From: Candidatus Calescibacterium sp.
Lineage (GTDB): Bacteria; Calescibacteriota; Calescibacteriia; Calescibacteriales; Calescibacteriaceae
Length of the DNA stretch: 24,954 nucleotides
Assembly (NCBI GenBank): GCA_032249135.1
Contig: JAVVGL010000024.1
Span: 1-24,954 of the forward strand
Reading direction: 5' to 3'
Shown here: piece by piece, positions 7,629 through 16,681 of the stretch
Layout of the letters: each line of letters starts with the position of its first letter
Numbering within the stretch: position 1 is the first letter of the stretch
Program-made: the position numbers and the translations under genes
Notes under the pieces: generated by a model
Told to the model about the DNA's origin: nothing
The model's database searches: none
The model's input: the letters and a program-made list of their open reading frames with translations, nothing else

Positions 7629-9101
7629 ATGAGATCAAACCAAATACAAGAACAGATTATGAACTTCAAAGTTGAGGTTTTCAACATAAACTATGGTAAA
7701 TGTGGTCTGGGTGGAATAAATATAAAACTTGAACCTCTGGGCAAATGTAGCAAATGTGAGAAAACCGCAATAATAAATATTCCTTATGCAAAACAAAAGC
7801 TTTGTAAAGACTGCTTCAATGATTTTTTTGTAAAAAGAGTGAAAAAAGTCGTTGAAGAATTCAAAATGTTCAGAGAAGGAGAAAAGGTAGCAGTAGCAGT
7901 CTCCGGAGGTAAAGATAGCGTAGCGCTTCTACACGCCCTCAAAAAAGCCTTTCCCGACCAAAAAATATATGCATTTTATATAAATCTTGGAATAAAATAT
8001 TATTCCGATAACCTTGAAAAAAAAGTAATAGATTTAGCGCAGATGCTCAATGTCCCCCTTGAAATTTATAACCTAAAAGAAAAAGAAGGATATACTATTG
8101 ATGATTTCCTTATAACAAAATACAAAGATAAAATGTGTTCAGTTTGTGGAACAATAAAAAGAAATATTTTCACTGCATTGGCTAAAAAAATCGGAGCCGA
8201 TATTGTGGCTACAGGTCATAACCTTGACGATACAGTATCTACTATGATGTCTCTGTTTTTTGCAGGAGACTTTGAAGGTATAGCAAGGTTAAAACCAGTT
8301 CTTAAACCCCTGGTTCCTGGTCAACCAAGAAAAATAAAACCTCTCATAACAACACCAGAAATTGAGGACTTATATTATGTTGCCTTAAATGAATTGCCAG
8401 TTCAAGATTGTAGCTGCCCTCACGGAGAATTCACCTCTATAAAAGGAATAAAAAAATGGTTAGATGAGATGGAAAGGGAGCAACCAGATATAAAATTTAG
8501 ACTCCTTTCAGTTTTTCGCAAAAAATTGATACCCCTGATTGAGCTAAATAATAAAATCAACCAACGTGTAGCTCAAGACAAGATGAAAGTTGCCGATGAA
8601 ATAAAAGAATGCACTATATGTGGTATGCCCTCTTCATCTGAGATATGCTCAAAATGTAAAAGAGTGTCAGAACTTTTTGAGATCAAAAAAAGGAAAAATG
8701 GAAATAAAAAAGAAGAACTTGAAATAACATTTGATGATCTAAAAAATATTATAGAAAGAGAAAAAGTCATACTTTTAGATGTCAGAGATAAAATAGAGTA
8801 CCTTACAAAAACCCTTGAGGGCGCAATAAATATCCCAGCTCAGGAGATAGAAAAAAGATGGAAAGAGCTTTTGAAATTCAAAAAAACGCATAAAATTATT
8901 GTTTTCTGTAATGCTGGGGCAACAAGCTACGCCGTCACAATAAAACTTAAAAATTTGGGTTTCGATGCATACAACCTTAAAGGAGGTATATTAAATATCG
9001 TAAATGATGGAAACAATGACGCAAATCAAAATCAATCCCAAAACTTACCTGATGACAAACCTTACCAGACTAATATAAACAATAATAAAAATGTTGAATA
9101 A
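7629..9101 (+). CDS. ttuA: TtuA/Ncs6-family (TIGR00269-like) tRNA 2-thiolation enzyme fused to a C-terminal rhodanese domain; start may be 7659
   Basis: N-terminal CSKC..CKDC, PP-loop SGGKDS, CSVC, GHNLDD, CPH and C-terminal CTIC..CSKC. Then LLDVR..EY...LEGAINIP...VFCNAGATS...NLKGG (rhodanese, ~8721-8997). Confidence 0.85.
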   Translation: MRSNQIQEQIMNFKVEVFNINYGKCGLGGINIKLEPLGKCSKCEKTAIINIPYAKQKLCKDCFNDFFVKRVKKVVEEFKMFREGEKVAVAVSGGKDSVALLHALKKAFPDQKIYAFYINLGIKYYSDNLEKKVIDLAQMLNVPLEIYNLKEKEGYTIDDFLITKYKDKMCSVCGTIKRNIFTALAKKIGADIVATGHNLDDTVSTMMSLFFAGDFEGIARLKPVLKPLVPGQPRKIKPLITTPEIEDLYYVALNELPVQDCSCPHGEFTSIKGIKKWLDEMEREQPDIKFRLLSVFRKKLIPLIELNNKINQRVAQDKMKVADEIKECTICGMPSSSEICSKCKRVSELFEIKKRKNGNKKEELEITFDDLKNIIEREKVILLDVRDKIEYLTKTLEGAINIPAQEIEKRWKELLKFKKTHKIIVFCNAGATSYAVTIKLKNLGFDAYNLKGGILNIVNDGNNDANQNQSQNLPDDKPYQTNINNNKNVE

Positions 9102-9173
9102 TATTAAAAATTTTTACTGAAAAAAATAGCAAAAAAGAAAAACAAAACATGGTTTTTTTAAAATAGCTTTCAA

Positions 9174-10766
9174 ATGTTGCAGAACCAGTCCGATGAGGTA
9201 TCTGGTTTTAGTAAGGAGGGTGATAATAAAAAAATAATTCTTCCTGAAAAGCAAATCCAAGATACCAAAGGTAATGGTGCTTTGAACGGCACAGGAAATG
9301 GGTTTAATGGAAATGGTATTTTCGCCCAGGTAATGGATATCTTACTTGCTACACCTTCAAAACTGCCAGAGAGAGAGTATGTTTTTGTGAAAAATGTCAT
9401 TTCATTTACCGTATTTGTTCTATCTGATATTTTAGCCTTATTTTCAGCTTATGCCTTGATGAAATTTGTTTTTGGGGTAAGTTTTGATTTTTTGATGTCA
9501 GCAGTTATATTCTCGTTTTTTGCATTCGTCGGACATCTTTATCAGAAAAGGTTTCCATTTTGGGATGAGATAGCGAAAGTTCTCAAAGTAAGTATAGTTG
9601 CAGGAATATCTTATTACTTTGTCTCTACATACTCTATTGGCAAAACTTCTATTCTTTGGACATCAATTTTTTGGGCTTTATCAGCTCTTTTTGTTGTAAT
9701 TTCCAGAAATATAACAAAAGAGTTATCTTGGATACTTGGTTTGAGAAAAAAAGCTGTAATAATAGGAGCTGGTCTTGGAGGACTGAAAATTCTTAGAACT
9801 CTTGATATGGAAAGAGGGCTTGGATATGATATAATTGGATTTTTAGATGATGATAAAACTAAACAGTTCAAACCTGTTGGAAAGTTCAGGGGAAAAGATG
9901 TGCTTGTGATAGGAAAAACCTGTGAAATATGGAACATCATAGAGGAGACAAAGATTGATGAGGTCATTTTAGCTATTCCTTCTTTGGGAGATAAGGCTTT
10001 GACTGCATTGGCTTCACACCTTCAAAAATTCGTTCCTTCTGTTACAATAGTTCCAGATATGTTCGGTTTACCCGTAAATATTGACCTTAACCACTCTTTT
10101 GGAGAGCAAACTATTTTTCTTTCCGTCAAAAATAATCTTGCAAACCCTTTCAACAGATTCTTAAAAGAGCTATTTGATAAAATATTAGCTACCATTTTTC
10201 TCATTCTTCTACTACCTGTAATGGCAATTATTGCTATTTTGATAAAAATTGATTCACCCGGTCCAATTATATTTTCGCACGAAAGGGTAGGCAAAGGTGG
10301 TAGAAGGTTCAAATGCTACAAATTCAGAACTATGTATGTAAATAATGAAGAAATTCTCAAAGAATACCTCGCAAAACACCCTGAATATCTGGAATTTTAT
10401 TTGAATACTGCTAAAATACCCGGTCACGATCCAAGAGTAACCCGTGTTGGTAGAATTTTGAGGAAATTTTCGTTAGATGAATTGCCTCAGATATTTAATG
10501 TAATAAAAGGAGATATGAGTCTTGTCGGTCCTCGTGCGCAACCTCCTCATGAAGTTCAAACTTGTGCTGAGTACTATCTTGAATGGTCAAAATACATAAA
10601 GCCTGGGATTACGGGACTTGCCCAGGTTATGGGGAGAGCGAACATATCTCATATAGATAAAAACATAATTTCTCTGTGGTATATGAAGAACTGGTCAATA
10701 TGGCTTGATATAGTTATAATTTTGAAGACAATAAAAGTTGTTCTGAAAGCAGAAGGAGCTTACTGA
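9174..10766 (+). CDS. wbaP: Polyprenyl-phosphate hexose-1-phosphate transferase (WbaP/WcaJ-type large phosphoglycosyl transferase)
   Basis: N-terminal TM segments, IIGAG CoA-binding-like domain, KFRTM, DPRVTRVG..LRKFSLDELPQ, GDMSLVGPR, KPGITGLAQV. Sugar specificity cannot be determined. Confidence 0.85.
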   Translation: MLQNQSDEVSGFSKEGDNKKIILPEKQIQDTKGNGALNGTGNGFNGNGIFAQVMDILLATPSKLPEREYVFVKNVISFTVFVLSDILALFSAYALMKFVFGVSFDFLMSAVIFSFFAFVGHLYQKRFPFWDEIAKVLKVSIVAGISYYFVSTYSIGKTSILWTSIFWALSALFVVISRNITKELSWILGLRKKAVIIGAGLGGLKILRTLDMERGLGYDIIGFLDDDKTKQFKPVGKFRGKDVLVIGKTCEIWNIIEETKIDEVILAIPSLGDKALTALASHLQKFVPSVTIVPDMFGLPVNIDLNHSFGEQTIFLSVKNNLANPFNRFLKELFDKILATIFLILLLPVMAIIAILIKIDSPGPIIFSHERVGKGGRRFKCYKFRTMYVNNEEILKEYLAKHPEYLEFYLNTAKIPGHDPRVTRVGRILRKFSLDELPQIFNVIKGDMSLVGPRAQPPHEVQTCAEYYLEWSKYIKPGITGLAQVMGRANISHIDKNIISLWYMKNWSIWLDIVIILKTIKVVLKAEGAY

Positions 10767-10767
10767 G

Positions 10768-12138
10768 GTGGATGTTGTTTTTCCATCTGTTGATGATTTC
10801 CTTTCAGGAAAGAAGAAAATATGTGTTTTGGGGTTGGGATATGTTGGCATTCATGTTGCCGTAAATTTTGCAAAGTATTTTAAAGTCATAGGTTACGATA
10901 GAAACCAAAAAAGAATACAAGAACTAAATTCGGGTTTTGATTCAACTCGTGAGTTTTCTGAAAAAGAGCTAAACGAGGTAAAAAATAATCTTGAATTTAC
11001 ATCTTCTCCCGAAAGAATAAGAGAATGTAACTTTGTTATTGCAGCAGTTCCAACACCTGTGAACAAAAATAAAATCCCGGATTTATCTTTTCTTATATCT
11101 GCCTCAGAGGATATCGGAAGGAACTTGACTCGGGGAACTTATGTTGTATTTGAATCAACAGTTTTTCCCGGTGCGACAGAAGAAATATGTATTCCTATTT
11201 TAGAAAAAGAATCTGGTTTAAAATGCGGAGTAGATTTTAAAGTTGGTTATTCACCAGAGAGAGTAAATCCGGGGGATAAAGATCATACTTTTGATAAGGT
11301 TGTAAAAGTTGTTGCAGGTCAAGATAATCAGACTGCTGAGTTTTTAGCTAAAATGTATTCGTTCCCTGTGAAGGCGGGAGTTTATATAGCTCCCGATATA
11401 AAAACTGCTGAAGCCGCAAAAGTAATAGAGAATATTCAGCGTGATCTTAACATTGCTTTGTTCAATGAACTTTCTATAATATTTCACCTCATGAATATTG
11501 ATACTCAAGAGGTGATAAAGGCAGCATCAACAAAGTGGAATTTTATTAAATTTGAACCGGGGCTTGTTGGAGGACATTGTATCTCTGTTGATCCATATTA
11601 TCTTACTTTTAAGGCAGAAGAACTCGGATATCATCCGCAGGTTATACTTGCTGGGAGAAGGATAAATGATTATATGGGGAAGTATGTTGCTGAGAACACA
11701 ATAAAGCTTCTTATAAAGGCAGGAAAACAAGTTAAAGGCTCCCGGGCTCTTATTATGGGAATAACTTTCAAAGAAAATATATCAGACATAAGAGAAAGTA
11801 AAGTTGTGGATATATATAAAGAGCTTTGCGATTATGGGGTTAATGTAGAAGTTTATGACCCTTATGCAGAACCTGATCATGTAAAATCTGAATTTGGAAT
11901 TGAACTTATGAACAAAAATAGTTTTGACCAAAAAAATAGTGTTATTGATTTTCTGCAAAAAAATTCTTCTCAAAAATTTGATGTTGTTATAGTTGCTGTA
12001 AAGCACAAGCCATTTTTTGAAATCACACCAGATTTTTTCAAAAAAATAATGACTCGCCCTCCAGTACTCATTGATGTCAAAGGAATATATTCAAAAGAAG
12101 CTTTTGAAAGAGAGGGGTTCATATATTGGAGATTATAA
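10768..12138 (+). CDS. UDP-N-acetylhexosamine 6-dehydrogenase (TviB/WbpO-like), GTG start
   Basis: GLGYVG, VPTP, ESTVFPG, YSPERVNPG, KVIENIQRD, GGHCI, GITFKEN. Confidence 0.9.
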   Translation: MDVVFPSVDDFLSGKKKICVLGLGYVGIHVAVNFAKYFKVIGYDRNQKRIQELNSGFDSTREFSEKELNEVKNNLEFTSSPERIRECNFVIAAVPTPVNKNKIPDLSFLISASEDIGRNLTRGTYVVFESTVFPGATEEICIPILEKESGLKCGVDFKVGYSPERVNPGDKDHTFDKVVKVVAGQDNQTAEFLAKMYSFPVKAGVYIAPDIKTAEAAKVIENIQRDLNIALFNELSIIFHLMNIDTQEVIKAASTKWNFIKFEPGLVGGHCISVDPYYLTFKAEELGYHPQVILAGRRINDYMGKYVAENTIKLLIKAGKQVKGSRALIMGITFKENISDIRESKVVDIYKELCDYGVNVEVYDPYAEPDHVKSEFGIELMNKNSFDQKNSVIDFLQKNSSQKFDVVIVAVKHKPFFEITPDFFKKIMTRPPVLIDVKGIYSKEAFEREGFIYWRL

Positions 12139-12158
12139 AAATATTGGAGATTATAAAA
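12123..12158. repeat. Perfect 18-bp tandem duplication spanning the dehydrogenase stop codon
   Basis: ATATTGGAGATTATAAAA x2 (12123-12140, 12141-12158). Confidence 0.95.
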
Positions 12159-12202
12159 TGAGGAAACAAAAACAAAAAAGAATTAGCAAATAAATTTTCA
12201 TT

Positions 12203-13732
12203 TTAGGTTTCGTATTTTTGCTTTATCTTATGGAATATTTTCTCAAAGATTTCGCCTCTATGTTCTGCTGAATTGAAATCTGGAAAGGAAGCGCAACCCG
12301 GAGAAAAAAGAATTGTGTATTCATTATTCTCTTTTTCGTTCTCAATAAATTCTATTGCTTTTTGTACGGCTTGATCAAGGTTTTCGCAAATTAAGAAATT
12401 TTTTACCTTGTCTTTTATTTCTTCTGCTATTTCATATTTTGCTTCACCTATCAAAAAAGTCATTTTAACTTTGTCTTTTATTAGATCTCCGACATCAGAA
12501 AAAGATAAACCTTTTTTTCTTCCGCCAGCAATTAAAATAATTTTTCCTTCTTTCACAGATAGTATTGCGTTTTTCAGAGATGTTGGGTTTGTAGATTTTG
12601 AATCATTTATAAAATGAACCGTTTTTCCTTCTATGTTTATTTTGCCAAGATACTCAAAACAGAATTTTCTTTTAATATACGGAATTTTGTTTTGCTTTAT
12701 ATTTTCTGATAATTTTTGTGGATCAATTAAAGTTAATACGGTTCCGAGAGCACACAATAAATTACTTTTAAAAGCTTCATCTATTTTTTCTCTTTTATCC
12801 TTTTCAGCAAAATCTAAAATCTCTTTTAAGTCAAAGTTTATTATTTCTTTTCCGTCTTCACCTTTTATAGTTATAACTTGATTTTCTGAACCATAGTTTT
12901 TTTGTATCCATTCCAAAGTATATATTTTTGTGAAAATGCAATCATAATTTTCTAATTTTGAGACCTCGTATTTTGTTGAAAGTTCTTTGAAATTTTCTGA
13001 ATACACAAGAAACTTTGACCTTTCTGCAAACTTTATTTTTGAATGAAAGTAGTCAAAAAATGATGGATGAAAATCAAAATGATCTTTTGTAATACATGTT
13101 ATTGATAAGCAGTAGGGTAAAACTTTTCTTGATGACCTTAACTGAAAGCTGGAAATTTCAAGAACAAATAAATCTACTTTTGAGAATATAGCGTCTGCAA
13201 GAGTTGAGGTTTTACCTTCTACTTTTCCTATGTTTCCTCCAACAAAATGAGGAATTTTGCATGAGCGTAGAATTTGAGAGGTAATTTCTGTTGTGCTACC
13301 TTTCCCTTTCGTTCCTGTTATAAGAATAATTTTTGAGTTTGAAGGTAAATTCTCAAAAACAAAATCGAGTTCAGATTTAAAATTCACCCCAAGCTTTGCA
13401 AATAAATCGTGTTTTATACCAGATGACAGAACAAAAAAATCAAGATCTTGGGCTCTTTTTTTTATATCATCTTCTTGGTAGTTGAAAACTATTTCTATTT
13501 TTTCTTTTTCGACAAATCTTTCAAAAAACTCTTGATTTTTTGGGTCGTTTAAGAACTCCTCCTTGCTTTTTTTCTCAAAGGCAACCGGAGTGTATCCAAG
13601 TTCTATCAGAGCTGAAACTAAGTTCTTCCCCGATACTCCAAGCCCAATAACTCCTACCTCTTTTTTGCTTTTCTTTTTTTGATTTTCAGGTAATTTTTCT
13701 TTTTTGTCCAGTTTTTCTTTTTCGTCCGACAT
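12203..13732 (-). CDS. murD: UDP-N-acetylmuramoyl-L-alanine--D-glutamate ligase (divergent)
   Basis: GLGVSG, SELD, ITGTKGK, GGNIG, LEISSFQL, DH, NDSKSTN, LIAGG, FSPGCASF..F....HRG. Confidence 0.85.
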   Translation of the reverse strand: MSDEKEKLDKKEKLPENQKKKSKKEVGVIGLGVSGKNLVSALIELGYTPVAFEKKSKEEFLNDPKNQEFFERFVEKEKIEIVFNYQEDDIKKRAQDLDFFVLSSGIKHDLFAKLGVNFKSELDFVFENLPSNSKIILITGTKGKGSTTEITSQILRSCKIPHFVGGNIGKVEGKTSTLADAIFSKVDLFVLEISSFQLRSSRKVLPYCLSITCITKDHFDFHPSFFDYFHSKIKFAERSKFLVYSENFKELSTKYEVSKLENYDCIFTKIYTLEWIQKNYGSENQVITIKGEDGKEIINFDLKEILDFAEKDKREKIDEAFKSNLLCALGTVLTLIDPQKLSENIKQNKIPYIKRKFCFEYLGKINIEGKTVHFINDSKSTNPTSLKNAILSVKEGKIILIAGGRKKGLSFSDVGDLIKDKVKMTFLIGEAKYEIAEEIKDKVKNFLICENLDQAVQKAIEFIENEKENNEYTILFSPGCASFPDFNSAEHRGEIFEKIFHKIKQKYET

Positions 13733-13733
13733 A

Positions 13734-14609
13734 TCAGGGAGGTAAGACTTCGATTATTTCTCTTATGAGGTCGGGATAAATTTTTACTGTTTTTTCAAGA
13801 TATCTTTCTATGTCCTGCGGTTTGATTTTTGTATAGTGAAATATTTCTTGATCTATTGGGTATTTCATAGAGTCTATTGAGGCACCAAGACCTGTCATCA
13901 TAGCTATTCTATCTCCGATATGAACTGAAACTGCCGTTTTGTATAACTTACTTTCTTTTTCTTTTATTAAAGATAGTTTGTTATAAAATTGAATTACTTT
14001 TTTTATCTCTTCTGATATACCCCATCTTTCAAGTACAATTACAGAAAACTCATTTGATGTAAATCCAAATATTTTTTTCTCTATTTTGTCAAAATTATCA
14101 GATTCTTTTGTCAGTTCCTGTTTTATTTTATCAAAGTGCTTTGATAGGAAATAATTCATAATGATTTTTCCTACCGATCTTAGCACTGCTGAGGCGAATG
14201 TAATATCTTCTAAATCTGGCCAGTTTTCCTGAGATACGAGTTTTGCAGCATAAGCTCCTATGAAAGCTTGTATGCTAAGCTCACCTCTTTTAAGTCTAAA
14301 GTATTTTAGCTCAACATCGTAAATCCTCTTTGTATATGCGGAAAGGACTATTGATTCGACCGATTTGAACCCAATCAATGTTATGGCATGCTCTAAACTC
14401 TGAACTTTTCTTGAAAACCCATAAATTGGTGAATTTACTATCTTCATTATTTCAAAGGAAAGCAAGACATCTTTGGCTAACTCCTGAGCTATTCTGCGCG
14501 CTGAGGTAGTAGGATCTCTAAGTAAAGCTAAAGTTCTCGCTACAACATGGTCAATAGGAGGAATCTTTTCTAAGGCATCTGAAATTTCTTTATCTGTTAT
14601 GGTTATCAT
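13734..14609 (-). CDS. Stand-alone HDOD domain protein
   Basis: IPPI..VV, D..LS.EIMKIVNSPIYG...V.SLEHAITLIG, VGKII, E..IFG, LERWG. Confidence 0.88.
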   Translation of the reverse strand: MITITDKEISDALEKIPPIDHVVARTLALLRDPTTSARRIAQELAKDVLLSFEIMKIVNSPIYGFSRKVQSLEHAITLIGFKSVESIVLSAYTKRIYDVELKYFRLKRGELSIQAFIGAYAAKLVSQENWPDLEDITFASAVLRSVGKIIMNYFLSKHFDKIKQELTKESDNFDKIEKKIFGFTSNEFSVIVLERWGISEEIKKVIQFYNKLSLIKEKESKLYKTAVSVHIGDRIAMMTGLGASIDSMKYPIDQEIFHYTKIKPQDIERYLEKTVKIYPDLIREIIEVLPP

Positions 14610-14726
14610 AAAAAAAAGTTTAATAACGATTTTTATATTTTGATTGTTATTTTTTCATTTCTCTGCTATTATTCCTTACTAATTTTCATTTTGTTTTTTA
14701 TTCTCTTTTTTCTTTCTTTTAGTTTT

Positions 14727-14756
14727 TTGATTTTCTGTAAGGGTGGTGATTAAAAT
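14727..14756 (+). promoter_or_regulatory. Putative sigma70 promoter of tRNA-Pro-lapA-pyrF
   Basis: TTGATT (14727-14732), 18-nt spacer, TAAAAT (14751-14756), 12 nt before the tRNA 5' end. Confidence 0.45.
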
Positions 14757-14768
14757 TAGAGAATATAT

Positions 14769-14842
14769 CGGGGCGTAGCGTAGGTGGCTAGCGCGCCGGC
14801 TTCGGGAGCCGGAGGTCACCGGTTCAAGTCCGGTCGCCCCGA
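14769..14842 (+). tRNA. tRNA-Pro (anticodon CGG), CCA not encoded
   Basis: Acceptor CGGGGCG/CGCCCCG-A; anticodon arm CCGGC-TTCGGGA-GCCGG; T arm ACCGG-TTCAAGT-CCGGT. Confidence 0.97.
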
Positions 14843-14851
14843 CATCAAAAA

Positions 14852-15256
14852 ATGGGACTTATCTACTTTATTATATTTGCAGCAGTTGTCGTAGTTTTAA
14901 TACAAAATTATTACGCTTTTACCCAGGTTATCTCTCTTGCCTTCTTCCACATAAGAGGAATCGCATTTCCTCTCGGACTTTGGTTTCTTATCATTTTCTC
15001 CATTGGATTTTTGGTCGGATATTTGAGAGCTGTTCCAGCTCAGGTTAAATCCTTCACAAGATCAAGAGAAATTTCAAAACTCAAAAAGCGAATTGAAGAG
15101 CTTGAAAAAGAAAATCAGGAAAAAACTGAAAGAATAAGATTGATGGAAAGTCAAATATTAAACGAAAAGATAGAGATTGAAAGAACTGAGAAACCTATCA
15201 CAATTGAAAATGTAAATCCTGTTAAAAACCCAGAGCAACAATCTTCTGATAAATAA
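14852..15256 (+). CDS. lapA: LapA-family membrane protein (lipopolysaccharide assembly protein A domain)
   Basis: TM-QN...V.L.F...PL-TM(GFLVG) followed by a coiled coil. Lies upstream of pyrF, as in E. coli lapA-lapB-pyrF. Confidence 0.7.
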   Translation: MGLIYFIIFAAVVVVLIQNYYAFTQVISLAFFHIRGIAFPLGLWFLIIFSIGFLVGYLRAVPAQVKSFTRSREISKLKKRIEELEKENQEKTERIRLMESQILNEKIEIERTEKPITIENVNPVKNPEQQSSDK

Positions 15257-15258
15257 AA

Positions 15259-15912
15259 ATGGCTCTTTTTTGCGTTGCTCTTGATATAGATAGTAAAGAA
15301 AAATTTGAACTTATTTTTGGGGAAACCTCGGAATTTGTTGATGTATATAAAATAGGTCCGGTTATATTATCTTCTTGTGGATTAGAACCTCTTGAAAGAT
15401 TAACCCAGCTCAAAAAAGATATTTTTGTTGACTTGAAGTTTTTTGATATACCATCTGTTGTTTGTAGAGCTATCAGAAACTTTTGTGAGTTCAATTCCAA
15501 ATTCTTCACCGTTCATATATCAGCTGGAGAAAAGATATTCAGGTCTGCCGTTGAAGAAGCTTCAAAGTTTCAAGCTTATGTTGCTGGTGTCACTTTGCTA
15601 ACTTCTTCTGATTACGATGAGAATTTAATTTTAAGTATGGCAGAAAAGGCAAAAATATGGGGAGCAAGTTGGGTAGTATGTCCTCCGGTATTTGCAAAAA
15701 AAATAAAAGAAAATTTAGAATTGAAAATTATATCTCCTGGAATAAGGATTGATAAAAATGAAAAAGATGACCATTCTTTATCTTTAACTCCTTGCGAAGC
15801 TGTAAAACAAGGAGTTGATATGATAGTTGTTGGGAGACCTGTGATTTTTTCAGAGAATCCAAAAATTGTGGCACAAAAAATAAAGAGAGAAATCAAAACA
15901 GGATGTTCATAA
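15259..15912 (+). CDS. pyrF: Orotidine 5'-phosphate decarboxylase
   Basis: VALD, YKIG, DLKFFDIP (DxKxxD), TVH, VTLLTS, PGIR, IVVGRP. Confidence 0.95.
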   Translation: MALFCVALDIDSKEKFELIFGETSEFVDVYKIGPVILSSCGLEPLERLTQLKKDIFVDLKFFDIPSVVCRAIRNFCEFNSKFFTVHISAGEKIFRSAVEEASKFQAYVAGVTLLTSSDYDENLILSMAEKAKIWGASWVVCPPVFAKKIKENLELKIISPGIRIDKNEKDDHSLSLTPCEAVKQGVDMIVVGRPVIFSENPKIVAQKIKREIKTGCS

Positions 15913-15928
15913 TTTTTTGTTTTCTAAT

Positions 15929-16681
15929 TTATGATTTTGTTTTCTTTTGTTTTCCTATAATGTTTTCTATTACAGATTGTAGTCTTTGCGGTGGAACTCC
16001 CATAACTAATTCTCCTCTATGAGCAACCGAGATTCTACCGGTTTTTTCAGATATTATGATGCTGATTGCGTCTGAAAATTCTGTAATTCCTATGCCAGCC
16101 CTGTGCCTCATGCCTATCTCTAATCCGAATTCTCTTGTGGTCACAGGTAATGTAGTTCCTACCATGTGAATTTTACTTTTTCTTATTATAACTGCTCCAT
16201 CATGGGTTGGGGATTCTTTGTTGAAGATTGCAACAAGAAGTTTCGCAGAAACATCTGCATCTAATTTCAAACCACCATGTATAATTGATGTTACATCTAC
16301 TGATCTTTCTAAAACAATAAGTGCTCCCTCCTTCCTTTCTGATATTTCTTTGCAAGCTTCCACAACTTCTTTCAGAACCAACTCATCTATACCTCTTTCA
16401 AAAAATTTCAATCTTATTCCGAGAATCGTTCTTCTGAGTTCCGGCTGAAACAAAACTATGAGCACTAAAATAGAATACTCTGTGAATTTATCGGTAAGCC
16501 ACCATGTAGCTGGCAAAGAAAAAGCCTTTGCAAATATGTTGAGAGTGAAAAGTCCTCCAAAAAATATGATTGCCCCAATTATTCTTGGGTCATAGCTTAG
16601 CGAGATGATTTTGTATATTATGAATGATAAAATCGCAACATCTAAAACTAACTTCAAAAACACAAGAAATATTTCTACCAT
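15929..16681 (-). CDS. cdaA: Membrane-bound diadenylate cyclase (CdaA/DacA)
   Basis: Three N-terminal TM segments, VLFQPELRR, GALIVLER, HDGA, GMRHRAGIG, SEKTG.IS. Confidence 0.93.
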   Translation of the reverse strand: MVEIFLVFLKLVLDVAILSFIIYKIISLSYDPRIIGAIIFFGGLFTLNIFAKAFSLPATWWLTDKFTEYSILVLIVLFQPELRRTILGIRLKFFERGIDELVLKEVVEACKEISERKEGALIVLERSVDVTSIIHGGLKLDADVSAKLLVAIFNKESPTHDGAVIIRKSKIHMVGTTLPVTTREFGLEIGMRHRAGIGITEFSDAISIIISEKTGRISVAHRGELVMGVPPQRLQSVIENIIGKQKKTKS

